From contig NC_134470.1 in the NCBI RefSeq assembly GCF_964194025.1, forward strand, positions 7,502,001 through 7,566,000: a stretch of 64,000 nucleotides of DNA, in the 5' to 3' direction. This document shows, piece after piece, positions 24,001-37,200 of this stretch (position 1 is the stretch's first letter; each line of letters starts with the position of its first letter). Both the position numbers and the translations under genes were made by a program. Source of the stretch: Convolutriloba macropyga. Taxonomy: Eukaryota. The notes beneath the pieces were generated by a model. The model searched no databases. It had not been told where the DNA came from and saw only the letters and a list, made by a program, of their open reading frames with translations.

Positions 24001-26125
24001 ATCTTTTACGTCTCGCTTCGTTTTTTCACATTATCACAATATTGACAATTCACATAACACATTACTGGCGTTCCAAATAAGGCACAAATTAGAGTATCAA
24101 AATGGATCCTTAAAAGTACAGATTATTGTTTTAACGGCTTCGACGACTTTCTCGAAAAGTTTCATTTAGTTTGTTTTTTACTGGTCTTTAATTGTCGTTT
24201 TTTTATTGTCTTTTAGTCGCATGAAGTTTCGTGGAGGTTCATATTAACCTATATTCTGATTTGAGTAGATAGCTTATGGCCTTCATGACTTTGAAAACAC
24301 TTGTTTTTTTAAAAAAAAACACTTTTCAGCTTTGCATTTTTGTTTTTATTGTTTGTATTTATTGCCTAGTCTCCTTAATTCTTAAAAATCACATAAGATA
24401 TTGTTGACGTTGAGAGCATGCGCAAGTGTACAAAATCAAAACTTTTTAAGGAATTCGTTATGACTTTACTAGTTTCGACACGGATTTTTTGCAAAAAACA
24501 AACTAATTTTCGATTTTTGTCTATATTTGACGTTAATTTTGTAAATTCAAGACATCTTCTGAACAATGACCGGCCTCAATGACTTATGTTGGACGAGTAA
24601 ACGAACTTTTTTATTTTCATATTAAAGGTAAAGGTTTTCATTTAACTAATTGTTTTCGACAAACACAAAATTATTTCTTAATTTTACTCAATTTTCTCTT
24701 TTTTATCAACTTTTGACCTAGTCTCATGAAAGAAATTATTTGTATTTGAAAAAAGCATAACCAAACATATATTTGGGGGCAAAATATGACCTCACGGCTT
24801 CGACAACGTTTTCTCTCAAGATTAAATTTAATTTTTGTTTAATTTCTCTTTTTGTTCTTTTTGTAACCGCAGAAAAAATTGAATAAAGACAGGTCTTAAG
24901 ATTTGGATAAATTAAAGTTTGTTGTTGTTGTTGTTTGATTTTGTTGTTCGTCTTGCCTCGTTTTCTTAATTAAGCAGATCTCATCAATCTAATGCGGTGT
25001 TTTTTACTCCACTGAAGTATTCGCGTTGAGGTGGTATTTTTCTTCATGCACCAATATTTTAAAAATTACTTTTTAGGGGGGGGGGGGGGGGGGGTTCTAT
25101 CTGTTCATTAGGTAGACAATGATTCTACAAATGTGGATGAGAGGGCTCGGAACTTTATGCGCGAACGCACATTACCGAGCGTCCTTGTTTTATTTTTATA
25201 ATCAGTAAATTCAAATCAGCACAAACTCCAGTAAGTATTCGAAAAAAAAATTCTCTCTGCGCACTATGTAATCTGAAGTCCGTGAATTTAAAAAAGGTGT
25301 CTCTGGTAACTTTTTTGCTCGCCTGTGATTAAATTTATCCATTAATTAAAATCCAATAATTGATAAAAAAATGAGAAACCAAAAGTACTCCAACCAGTAA
25401 TGATTAGCTGGTCAAGCACAGAAAAAACTTCGTTTTTTTACCCTACCTAAAAATTTCTGAAGTTTTTTAGAATAAAATAAACAAATTCTCCGAAATTTCC
25501 TTGCACATTTGGCTAACAAAAAATTTGTTACTTTAAGTTCTAGAACTCCGGGTACCTTTTTTCAGCAGTTTGTTTTTTTTATACAGGCAGGGTAAAAAGT
25601 GGCATGATCATAACATAGCAATAGAAAAAAACTAATTGAAATACATGGATTCAGCGCTGAATTACTCCAGCCCCTCCCCCAGACCGAGCGCTCCCACATG
25701 TTAGTATTAACATAACTTTTGCTGTAATAGCACGTCCGTATTTCAAACGCACCATCTACAAAAGGGACAGGAAAAAAAGATTCAGAATTGTTCATAAAAA
25801 AAGCTCTAATTTCAAACTTTTTATTCTTAAAAAATTGCTAACTTACGTCGACCCAACCGTGGTGTCGTTCGATTTCCCTTCCCCTTGCATACTTCTCCTT
25901 AACTTCCTTGGGCTGCAGGAAAAAGTCTTCAGCTATCGAATTCATTGTCGAGACTTCCTCTGACGTCAGTCCTGAGTTCTTCAAGTAGAGAAAACCAGGA
26001 CTCCTCAAAGCCTCCATAACTTCCGAAGCAATTGGTTTCATGGCTTTATAGTCCAATTTTTCCCACGATACATTGCAGGATAAAAGCGAGAAATCAATTA
26101 ATGGAATAATTTCAGAATCTGACAT
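9034..26125 (-). CDS. 2OG-Fe(II) dioxygenase, IPNS-like (paralog A), 339 aa; complement(join(9034..9433,16549..16711,20069..20246,25847..26125))
   Basis: Exon 1 MSDSEIIPLIDFS...GFLYLKN...HGWVD|gtaagt; exon 2 IEYPVPDNPPDLKEGF...WPSEQF; exon 3 ...CLYY...RCSEHSDKG; exon 4 SLTLLISED..GLQV..VNLGDIMQRWT..HRV..RQSIAFF; canonical GT-AG, phases 0/1/2, 1020-nt open frame, HxD...H and RxS motifs. Confidence 0.93.
9477..10685. mobile_element. Non-autonomous TIR element (CCC...GGG ends, CACTA/EnSpm-like) with subterminal repeats and an internal tRNA-like segment
   Basis: Ends CCCGTGTCGAA / TTCGACCCGGG flanked by AT on both sides; many CTCTTACATC.TTTTACCC subrepeats in both orientations; degenerate tRNA-like stretch at about 9890-9965 (minus). 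Confidence 0.65.
11319..14398 (-). mobile_element. Helentron-associated (DINE-1/HINE-like) non-autonomous element
   Basis: 5' end (minus) TTATTGTACCGACC...GGAACTATATACTCAACTG; 3' end GGGGTCGGAAC subTIR plus ATGTGCGAACGCACAT hairpin plus TTGT; same termini at 20925-25189 and 45016-47688. Confidence 0.72.
14604..15515. repeat. Foldback element / giant palindrome (core 14715-15459, centre 15087)
   Basis: Two 372-bp arms separated by 1 nt; inner 134 bp perfectly complementary; outer arms made of about 42-bp GATCCATCGAT...CTTCTATGAA subrepeats. Confidence 0.93.
15865..16186. repeat. Short-unit repeat element (TCTGGACAT / AACGCACG), possible CAC...GGG non-autonomous transposon
   Basis: About 7 TCTGGACAT and 5 ACGCAC units; ends CACAGGATG / CAGCCTGGG are imperfectly inverted. 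Confidence 0.55.
17230..18960 (+). pseudogene. Highly decayed non-LTR (CR1/L2-like) ORF2 relic in intron 2 of paralog A
   Basis: Scattered motif remnants in different frames: LDFFALFDKL (cf. LDFSKAFDKV), AFWGIRRS...KLN, NFW; many stops. Confidence 0.4.
20170..23850. repeat. Diverged local duplication (about 20170-21500 vs 22612-23850)
   Basis: Colinear similarity covering part of exon 2, the intron-1 3' end, the TGATCAGA repeat and a HINE head. Confidence 0.85.
20925..25189 (+). mobile_element. HINE/DINE-1-like element with three duplicated 5' heads (20925, 21644, 23360) and one 3' end
   Basis: TTCTTGTTCCGA...GAGTAACTATA.ACTCAACTGGG heads; 3' GGGCTCGGAAC, ATGCGCGAACGCACAT hairpin, CCTTGTT at 25143-25189. 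Confidence 0.7.
22605..22688 (-). pseudogene. Truncated duplicate of paralog A exon 2 (pseudo-exon)
   Basis: ctcag|ATC AAG TAA CCA CTT CCT GAA GAC CCT CCT GAT CTG AAA GAG GGT TTC = IK*PLPEDPPDLKEGFQSRPADVDKYFL vs IEYPVPDNPPDLKEGFQCRPADIDTYSL. Confidence 0.85.
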
Positions 26126-28199
26126 GTTCTCTCTGAAATATAAGCTTCTATGATAAAATTGGTTGGTTATTAAGATTCAGTTTGAGGTTCGAAGTTTTGA
26201 TCAATTTCTAGGTATATAATCTATGTAACGTAAATATTTCTATGTACATATAAGTTAAGACTCAATTTTCTGATTGTATGATATCAAGTTTTGAATACAA
26301 GTTAAATTGCAACGGTCAAATTGCTGTTCTCTGATGTTCTGTAATGCTTTCAAATTCATATCAACGTTAATGTTTGCTCTCTTTCCAGCCTCTACAAAAT
26401 GTACAGTTTTCAATGATATTAATTATGACTACTCTTTAGTCTGCAAAATAATGCGTAACGGCGGACATTTAATTCAATTCGTACATAAGAAGTGTGATTC
26501 ATTGCTTGATTACTATGATTGAGTGATTCGTGGCATTTTTACTATAATAGCAAAACATCAGAACGTTTTTGTTTAAAGTTAACAATTTTTGTACAAATTC
26601 AAGCGGAAGCAGACAGATTAAACCATCTTGTAAGATTGTAGCCAAATTGATTGAATGCAATCTTAAACTGATTTTTTTTTTAAAAAAAATTTTTAGCAAA
26701 AACAAAAAAATGCAATGCAAAGTTTTATTTTAAATGTGGAAAGCATTGTTATGACAATTTCGTGACAAAAATATTTACTGCCGCAAGATGTTTAGTTGTT
26801 TTTCAAAAAGTACACTAATTAAAAAAGACACTGAGCATTACACTAATCTTTAATTGAAACAGCAACAATAAAGAGCATATAAAAAGTGACTGAGATTTCA
26901 TTTTTGCTCTACCACAAACGTAGCACTTGTTGGATTTCAATTAAAAAATATATGGAGAAACTTCTCAAAATATGCAGAGCTGCATCTATTTTAGCTGTCT
27001 GAAGATAGATTGCCACCATAATAAAAAAATCAGTGCTTATTCTGCAATATTACGGCAAAATCTCTTTCAAGGCAAAATTCATGGTTTTGATAAATGCACG
27101 AATGAATTCTACAAAACCATGCACGATAAGAAATTTAAATCTAAAAAAGTCTAAGTAAACGTGTAATTTGATTTTTATAGTAAAGATTGAGCTGTGAAAT
27201 TTTACCATTCTTGGTACCAGTCTTCTGCTATTTAATGTTTCTTTACAGAAAAATTTAGTGCTCATTTTTTGCTCCCAGTGAAACCAAAATTTTTCATTGA
27301 ATACGGCGCATGTTGCTTCCTAAACAAGATCAATTCTTGACTAAGCAATAATGTTTTTATCCTGATCTGCAATAACTCCAATTAATTGGTTTAAATCATT
27401 CTAGTAAACCATTCTAGTAAAAAAAATCACAATTTCTAGTTAAATTATAACACGAAACTTTGAATGAACACCTTAATTTTACACGCAGAGATTATTGCCC
27501 ACAGAGATTATTTCTGAGTTTTTTTCTCGAATTTTTTCTTAGTTTGTCACACGGTGGTGCTACGAAGCAAATCAGATGCGCTTTCTTAGCTCCAGACAAT
27601 CTCATAAATGCATTACAGCTGATTTTTTTTTCACATATTACCAATGAAATCGATCCAGTAGACAAAATTATTTTGGATAAACACACCATTTCATTTGCTT
27701 TTAGACCAAATTTGAACTATACTACTTAGCAAAACAAACAACCACTTGATTGGGGATCCTAATTATTTTAAGCCACTAATTTTGAGGACCAACAAATTAG
27801 AACCTAGGATTTGGGAAACCTAATTAATGAGCAATCCTTCATTCTGAGTTACAGAAATCTTGCCAGAAAAATGTCAATTTCTTTCGCGCTACAAAATTTT
27901 TGACTAACATGTTGCTGTTTGCAGTACAAAATTAGCTCCCTCCACTCATAAATGGAGATACACATTAGCTTAGACTCAAAATGGCTGCTCTTCGCACGCA
28001 TAGTTGAGACCCTTTCTGTTTTGAGAACAATTAATTTTGGTTCAGCCTTAAAGCCACAGTTAAAATTTAAAAAAAACGATTGTAGAGAGTTCCTCATGCC
28101 GACTTAATATTTAAGAACTGAATATCACTCTACATTTGAGTACTTTTTAGTACTTTTTCTACAATTTTTAGTACTTTTCAATTATTAAATACTTTACCT

Positions 28200-28700
28200 G
28201 CACTCATATTTCTTGCGCATTTCTTTGATTCTCTAATATTTTGCACTTTCTTTTTAGAGTTTTCTGAACACTTATTTTACAAATTTACACTAATGACTAC
28301 AAAATTGAGCGAGAAACATTGACAATTATTGATTCTCTCCTTTAATACTTTTAGTTTGTAGCCTTTGTCTGCATGGCACTTAGTCGAAACCTCATATGCA
28401 GCTCTATTGGCACTATAGATACTAACCACTATTGGCACATGGGCATTCACATTAGTAAATTTTGGGTGGCCATACATTTCAATTTCTGCTTATAGTTCAA
28501 ACTCATTCCAAATTTTTGCGCAAGCTCTTTTATCTGAGCTAGAAAAAAAGCGAACAAAAAATGTCCTTAATTTTCCAGTTCTCAATAACAATTAACTATC
28601 ACGTAGTAGCTTTAGTTCTCAATGATTTTAATCCTAATCTTCAAAATCAAAACTATAAAAAAATAACGAAACTTACTGTTTTTCCAAGGACTTCTTCCTG
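28200..28700 (-). pseudogene. Possible decayed CR1/L2-like LINE 3' fragment
   Basis: ORF 28277-28477 fragments NAHVPIV and KERINNCQCFSL loosely resemble CR1 ORF2 C-terminal motifs. Confidence 0.25.
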
Positions 28701-31282
28701 CTCTCATCTTACTTGAATCTGCAGATGGAATTTATGAGTTTGTTGATAACTTTGATTGAAATACGGCTTGAAACAATTTTGAAGTTTTGTTTCATTTTCT
28801 ACCACAACAGGAAGTTTGTGCACATATTCCAATAGGGTGTAAAATTATCGCAAAATCTGAGCTTGTGATTTTATTTCTCTGATTGATTTTGCATTTTACT
28901 TAATCGAGTAAATAGAACTTAAAAGGAGTTTGAATGTTAAATTGAAGTAAAACTAATTAGTTCTGTGCTACGCAATTACTTATCTGAGATTCATTTTTGG
29001 TAAGACGCCCAAAAATTTTTTTTTTTGGATAAAGAAAATTGTTCTGAAAAGTGCAAAAAAAACGAAATGGTAACAATCAAAATGAACAAATTGCCAGAAG
29101 TTGATTTAAACAAATTGCCAGAAGTTGATTTAAACCTACCTCAAAATTGCGCAAAAATTCTGAAATTGGGTTCAAATGGGAAAAAATGATTTCAAACATG
29201 GACTTACTAATTGCTATATTGAGAAAAATCGAATTGGACCGAAAAATTAGAGCTTAAACTGAAAAGTGCCTGCTTGAAAATGGAGCATCTAAACAAAAAA
29301 TTGCTCGATTTTGAGTTTTTTCTTGCAATGTCTCTTTCTCTCTATCAAAATGATGCACTCACGTGCAGCATTGACATTTATATCGTGTTGTTTACCAAAT
29401 ACATACAACAGCAGAAAAATTCCAAAAACAGCTTTCAAAACATTTATTCCTTCAATAACTGGAATCTATATCAGAATGCGTAAAACTGAGAAACGAGAAT
29501 TTTGCGTCAAAAATAAAAATAGTTTGCCAGAGAGTAAATTTCCTTTAAAATTATGGAGAAAACAATTACTTTTCATGGTTGAAGAACACTTTCGTGCGAA
29601 ATACGTTTTTAAAACTTTCAAATCGACGAACATGCTCACACAAAGTTAAGCAAGCCTGAGCAAATTTAAATACATCTTCTGTTTTGAAAAAAGGGCGAAC
29701 AAAATAAAGAAATGAAGATTTAACACTTTTCCTAATTTTTGTATCAAATTTTTAAAAATTCAAGAAATAATCCCAAAGTTTCTCAGTTCGTAATAATGCA
29801 TTAGAAATGTCAAGTTTTCATTCAATCAACGAGAATTGCAATAAAACATTAAAACATAAAAATTTTGCAGAAAGTGGAAATTAATTGAATTAGCAGACAT
29901 CTTTTAATTATTAATATGCTTCAAAACGCTTTCGAAAGCACCATTTGATTTCTTTTTGAGATTTTTTTTGTAAATTTCTACATTAACAACTACATTTATT
30001 TCTCTGTTTCAAGAGGACATAAAATGTATGGAAAACATAACCCCTCTAGTTTTGCAACTCTTCCAAATTCATAACCGATATAACTCAAACTTTTTTCACT
30101 CCCTGGGCTTCAGGTTTCTCGCTCGCTCAAATGTTAAAATAATATGGCTAAAGGAACTCCCGACACGTCATCGTCATTGTGAAAATACCATCGACCCTCA
30201 ACTAACTATTATCTACTTGCATAACCCATAAAAGCATTAAAAACATTATGATGAATTTCAAGAGAAGTTAATCAAAATGAATTTAACCCACAAAACCTAA
30301 ATTTTGTAATATATATTTGCACATAGGAACTAATCAGTTTTCCTCAGGGCTACAGAATTGCAAATTTGAGCGAGCCAAAATAAGCCTGTAATGTTTCTGT
30401 TTCCGAACAAAAAAAAGACAAGAATTTTTAAAAAGATAGGACGAACTTTGACAATATTCTCAGATATTAGAGGATAAAATTGTTTTTCACGAAAAAATTA
30501 TCAATTTAGTAAAGAAAAATGCCCACAATTCTTAGGTTTCACCCCAATTAACAAAAAATGCAGTACAATTATACTATGAGACAACAATCTCCCAAAGTTC
30601 ATGAAAATTGGCAAAATATTTCAACATTCAGTGGTGTATTTTTTGCTTTAATTGCACAAAAGCTTCAAACTGCTATCAATATAACCAAAACTGGAATGCT
30701 TTGGTCTATTTTCACCTTTTAGGTTACACGGAAAATATAAAATCACCAAAAAAAATTTACAAAAGCCGCTCGCGAACAATATTTTGTCACGCCTATATTT
30801 ATCACTCTGTTTCAAAAGAAGGCATCAACAAAACACAAAACATCGCTTTCTTCTCCGCTCAATCGAATGTGTTCACCAAAACAACTTATTCAAACCTTAT
30901 TCATTCCGTGAACATACAGTTGTTTGCTTGCTAACTCATGAAAAAAAAAACATGAAAAAAGATCAACATCACTCCTCTTTGATTCATAACTTTTCGAGTC
31001 TATCAATTTTTTTTTCAATCACAAAAACCACAAAGAGACCAATAATAGCAAGGCTGTCAATTCACAGCTTAAAATGCACAGTTGAATTATCGTGCTTCAG
31101 TTCTGATGTCTCTTATTTCATATCTGATCTATTTGTTTTTTTAAGTTTCCAGTTTTGAAAGTTTCGTGTCTATCTGAAAAATTTTGTCCAAGTTATAATT
31201 AAGATAATGACATATTTGAAGTTCCACTTCATTCTTCTAGTCGCAGAAATTACCTAGTGAGTTGAGAATTGTGAATCTGTGT

Positions 31283-34200
31283 TTACAATTTAAATATTTT
31301 ATTTATTTGCTCAGTAAGAAACTCCAAAGTGGTCATTGACTCATATTTGGATGATTCGTTATTCAACGGCTTTACGACCGCCTCGTTATCCGCATTCACA
31401 AAAAATCCAAACGACTGTCGTTTCGGACACACAACTGGGTCATCGTCCAGCCCATTAAATTGATCCATATTTTCGTGCCCATTTTGGATTTGGGTTGCAG
31501 TTCCATTTACATTCACTACCACACGGTGCCTGGCGGCAATCAATTCGTTGTCGGTCCAGCGTTCCAAAATTGCCCCGACGTTCACTAGGATGTAACTTGG
31601 GTCCTCAGCCTTCGTCAGGTCCACGTACTTCCCCTCTCGTGTCAGCACTTGAAGCCCCGTGATGTCTTCTGAGATCAAAAGCGTTATCGTCCTGAAAAAG
31701 GTTGCTTTGGAAAAGAACAAAAAAAATAGGGTTGCTTTGGAACCGAATGCGAAAAAAATAGTTTTGCTTTTGGAATAATGAACATAGTAAAACTCTCATG
31801 TGATGAAATGTCTCGAAGCTTTACCAATATTAAAAGTAATATCGTATATATGAACAGCTAAATATACTTTGTACGTCAAGAGCCACCCAGGTATAGACCT
31901 CGACTTATGAAAAGACTTTTTAATTCTAGTGGGGGTCTTTTATTGAACCCGGACCTGAATATCAGGCCTGAACCATCCAAAATCGCAGAATGGTTTTTAC
32001 TCTTTCCAATATTCTGATCAGGTCCACTTTAAAATTTCCATACCGAATTTCGCTAAAATGATTCACCCGTCTACGCATTAAATTTTACTATTTCTGCTGC
32101 CTCTCTATAGGTATAACAAATCCAAGACTGTTCTGCAAACTATCATGAACAAACTAACTAATATAAATATCGATGCAGATGAAGTTAAGATATAGTCACT
32201 GAGAGTTTACCCAAAATCGGCGTGTTCTCCACATCTTAGTTGGCCTGGTTTGATGTCTTTGACCTGTGACCTCTTCAGCTCCGGATAGTACAGACACCTT
32301 AGAGTTGTCAAGTTACCCTTTGTACCCATTTTGCTGTGCAGCTCGTCGAAGTAATTTGGATCAAGACCTAGACCTGAAATTCCATTGAATTAATGATGTA
32401 ACCGACGACTAATGCCGGTATGTGACAACTTGATACCCTCAAGGCGTTTCCTGTTTATCTCATTTTTGAAGGCCAAAAGTCAAAACGGTCAGACGGAAAA
32501 TCTGTCAAGCACGCATAAAAAGAACGCAGGACTAATATAATTGTTACCAAATTTGTATCAGAGCAATTAATCATAGACCTGTAGAGCCAAGATCAATCAG
32601 TTAAAATTTGAGCCTAAAAGATTCTTTTCCTTTGCTCCCGTATCCCCCAAAAGGGAGGGAAGGGAATAGGCTAATTGAGATAATTCAGTTGGAATGTCTT
32701 GACGGATTTTAACAGGCGACAAATTAGTTCCAACCGTTCGTGAAATGAGGCCTCTGTGAAATTTGCGTCTTCTCGAATTAAATTTTGTACAGAAAATTCT
32801 TTCAGGTTAATTAGCGGACGGAAAAAAGATGGCTCGATTGGGAAATTTAATCGGTCGTTGAGCAGATAATTTCTAGGTCCTCGATGAAATATTGAAGTTA
32901 TTATTTATCTATTGTTTATATTCAGGTGGATGCGGTATATAGTTATTGTTTATATTTAGGTGGATGTGGTATTCGGCGAAAACTCGATTAGACAACGCCA
33001 ATTTTTGCGGCAGTTTTGTTGAAACTGAGAGAAAAGGTTAAAACAGTTGAAGAGTATTAAATTCTATTGACGCTATAAGGCACTCAAATGTCCTCAACAA
33101 TTTTTTACAAGAATTTGAGACAATCAAGTGATTGTAAAAAGTGATATTTTTTCCAACTATCACATGCAGACATCGGTAAAATGTTATAGCAAAAGTTACA
33201 CTAAAAAACGAAAGTATGGCAAGAATTTTTATTGCGCTCTTAATAGTTAAGGACTGCGGGGACAAGGAAAAGTGCGAGAAAAATTTTGATATAATTGGTA
33301 GACAACTTAAATTGAAATGTTCAAATTCTCAATGTTTCTAATAATCCTACGTCCATTCTTTTGTTCTTTTAATGAAATTTCTCGTCTTTCAAATTTCCCG
33401 CCAAGATTTTTTTTTCAAACAAGCTTCACTTCTCTTACTATGACAAATAAGACAAATAGCTGATTAGTTATTTCATCATTTTGATCAACTGAAATTTTTA
33501 TCGTTTTTCATGCACAGTAAAAATAATAACAAATTTTGTCTAAACTCGAAAAAAAATTCAAGATTTTCCGAAATGAGAACTTTTTGTAAACAATTCCCTA
33601 TGGAATAAATGTTTCTAAAATTTAAAATGCACTACTTTAAAACCTTCACTACTTAAAAGAAGTAATACGAATTTAAAATACGATTTACAGTAATGCTTGC
33701 GTAGCGAAAGTTAGGCAGTCTCACGCAAAATTCTATAAGTTCGACGGTGACATCTGAAAAAGTAGACATACCAAAAACCCTCAAATTGCAGTAATAAATG
33801 ATTAGATGAATAGAAAGTCGAGAGAATCTTTACCACTGATCCCAAAAAGTTAATACATCATAGGAATGATATAACATTAGTATAAATACACATAAAACCG
33901 TTATGGCACCCTATTACATACTAATACATGGGTTACAAAATTACTTTTGGGCGGTTCATGCCCGGTTCCGGTCAAAATAATTTGAGATTGTGATTTTATA
34001 AAACCTAGCCTATAGGAATCGAGGAAAAATCTATGCAAAATTCAGTACAGGGTCTTTCTGACAGTTATGGGGAGATTTTTATATGAGTTAAGACTCCACT
34101 TACCGATAGCAACTAGCATCATAAATCTGAAACTGACTTTAATCAGTTTTTCGAACACTTGTACCATATGTGCTCTGAACTGTTCACTCGGCCACTCCAG

Positions 34201-37200
34201 TCCAAATTGCAATACATCCGACAGAATAATGTTGAAGGCCTCTTTCAAATCCATCGGTTTGTTAGGGTCGATAAACTCTGTCTAAATTATTTAAAAAATG
34301 GCTTGTGGGAACCTGTGCCTATGCTTAACCGGCCGGAGGAAGTTTGCCGAAATTATGTAAGACAAGCCGAAACTAGCGTTGAAAAGTGAAAAAAATTAAC
34401 CTCAATATTCTTACATAATTTTGCGGTGCGCTTCTAATCGTGGATATTACACAAAGTTTTGCGTTTCTAAGCGTAGATTTTACATAACTTTGCGTCAAAT
34501 TTAGCCTACAATGATGCAACGCTTAGAGCTCTGCTTGTGCGACTCGAACCACTGACCTCCTCTCAACTTGTCGCCTCTTTTACCACTGTGTCACCGATCC
34601 TTATTGCTCTTAAGAAAAATATGATTATGTTATGTGAAATCAGCGGTATAGTCAACGCAAGATTATGTAAGATCTACGCTTAGAAACGCATATTTAAGTA
34701 AAACTAGCCAGCCCGCATAAGCATCACAAAATCATATCCGACCAGGTTTAAAAGAAAATAGGATTTTTTCGTGGCAACTCGGGTTCGAACCCTTGCCCCT
34801 CGTTTAACAGCCACAGCTCTTACCTCTTAGGCTACCGACGAGTATTTTTGGCGTCCATTACCTTATTTAACAGCAACTTTAGGTTAAGCGACAATTTTGT
34901 CTTTGCTGTGATTAAGGTGCGCTATGTTAAAGGAGCACAATGAATTTGCATAAAACGAGCTTCTACAACCAAATCCCAAATTTATTTCCGAGCACATCAT
35001 ACATCCTTTTCCTCCCCTACTTGGGCTTGAAAAAAAAACATTTGCAGAGCAGGCTCTTAGGCATGATTGCGCGGGCTGCATTCTTAAGGATCGTTAAAAC
35101 ATGTGAACATAGGAGCGCTGCTAAACATTGCGTTCAAGTGCGACTTACATTTAATATATTAGATGAGAAGGAGAGAAAGAAATGGAGAAAGAAAGAAAAG
35201 ACAAAGGAATAAAGAAAGAATGAAAAGAAGACATAAGTAAAAAAAACAAAGAAATGAACAGGGGAAGAAAAAGACAACCAACTCACCAATTTTTTATCCC
35301 AGTAAACGATGCATCCTTTTCCTCCAGGACTCGGGATCGAACCCATGCCCACCTCTTCACAGCCACAGGCCTAATGCATTGCGCTACCGACGCCTGTTTC
35401 TGTTGTCTATTGAACTGGATACATTCGAAAAATATTGGTCGATGGCTTTTTGTCTCGCTTGTTTTTGATAAGCCGTATGCTTAATGAGCAAAAAAAAATT
35501 CGCAGATCAGGCACTTAGGCATGATCATGTAGGCTGCATGCCTAAGAATCGTTAAAACATGTGAATATAGGACCGTTGTTAACCATAGCGTTCAAGTGCA
35601 ACTTACATTTAATATATTAGATATAGAAGAATAAATAAGAACGGAAATAAAGAAGGGAGCGAGAACGAAAACAAGATTCATCATTTTTGAGCTAAAAAAC
35701 AGAAGCTGGAGCGATGATAACCGTTGCGTTCAAGTGCAACTTACATTTAATATAACAGATGAGAGGGAGAGAATGAAATGGAGAAAGAAACAAAAGATGA
35801 AGGAATAAAGAAAGAACACAAAGAGGATACAAGTAATAAATTAAAGCAAAGAAATGAAGAAGGGAAGAAAAAGACAATCAACTCATCATTTTTTATCCCA
35901 GTAAGTTATAAATCCTTTTCCTCCCCTACATGGGCTCGAATCCATGACCCTCACTTCACAGCCATAGTCTAATCCCCTTGCGCTACTGAAGCCCGTTGCG
36001 GTTGTCTGTTGAACTGGCTACATACGCAAAGTTTTCGACAATGACTTTTTTGTCTCTTTTTGCTAAGCTGTATGCTTAATGAGCAAAACACAATTACAGA
36101 TTAGACGCTTAAGCGTGGTGGTTGTGTATGCTGAATGTTTAAGGGTCGTTAAACATCTGACGATAGTAGTGCTGTTAACCATTGCGCTCAAGTGCAATTT
36201 ACATTCAATATATTAGATGAGGGGGAGAGAAAAAAATGGAGAAAGGAATAAAAGATGAAGGAATAAATAAACAACAAAAAGAATATATAAATTTAAAAAA
36301 CAGAAACGCAGAAGGGAAGAAAAGGACAGCCAAATCCCAAATTTAATTCCGAGTACATTATACATCCTTTTCCGCCCCTACTTGGGCTTGAACCCATGTC
36401 TCTCGCTTGACAGCCACAGGTATAATCCCTTGCGCTACAAACGCCTGCTGCTGTTGTCAATCGGTACTGGCTACATATGCAAAATTTTTATCAATGTCTT
36501 CGTTTCGCTTGTTTTTGCTAAGCCGTATAATTAATTAGCGAAAAAAACATTTGCAGAGCAGGCTCTTAGGCATGATTGTGTGGGCTGCATTCTTAAGGAT
36601 CGTTAAAACATGTCAACATAGGAGCGCTGCTAAACATTGCGTTCAAGTGCGACTTACATTTAAAATATTAGATGAGAGGGAGAGAAATAAATGGAGAAAG
36701 AAAGAAAAGATAAAGGAATAAAGAAAGAACGAAAAGAAGATATAAGTAACAAAACCAACAAAGAAATGAAGAGGGGAAGAAAACGACAACCAACTCCCAA
36801 ATTTTGTATCCCGGTAAACGATGCATCATTTTCCTCCACCACTCGGGATCGAACCCAGGCCCCTCTCTTCACAGTCACAGGTCCAATCCATTGCGCTACC
36901 GACGCCTGTTGCTATTGTCTATCCGTAGTGGCTACAAACGAATATTGGTCGATGGCTTTTTGTCTCGCTTGTTTTTGCTAAGCCGTATGCTTAATGAGCG
37001 ATAAAAACATTTACAGATCAGGCACTTAAGCATGGTTGTATAGGCTGCATGTTAAAGGATCGTTAAAACATGTGAAGATAGGAGCGTTGTTAACCATTGC
37101 GTTCAAGTGCGACTTACATTTAATATATTAGAAGATATAGAAGAATAAATAAGAAGTGAAATAAAGAAGGGAGCAAGAACGAAACACAGTAGTGGATGAA

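Noticed and set aside
29085-29135. 24-bp direct duplication (a similar small one lies at 32905-32975)
   Set aside because: Ordinary slippage duplications with no further structure
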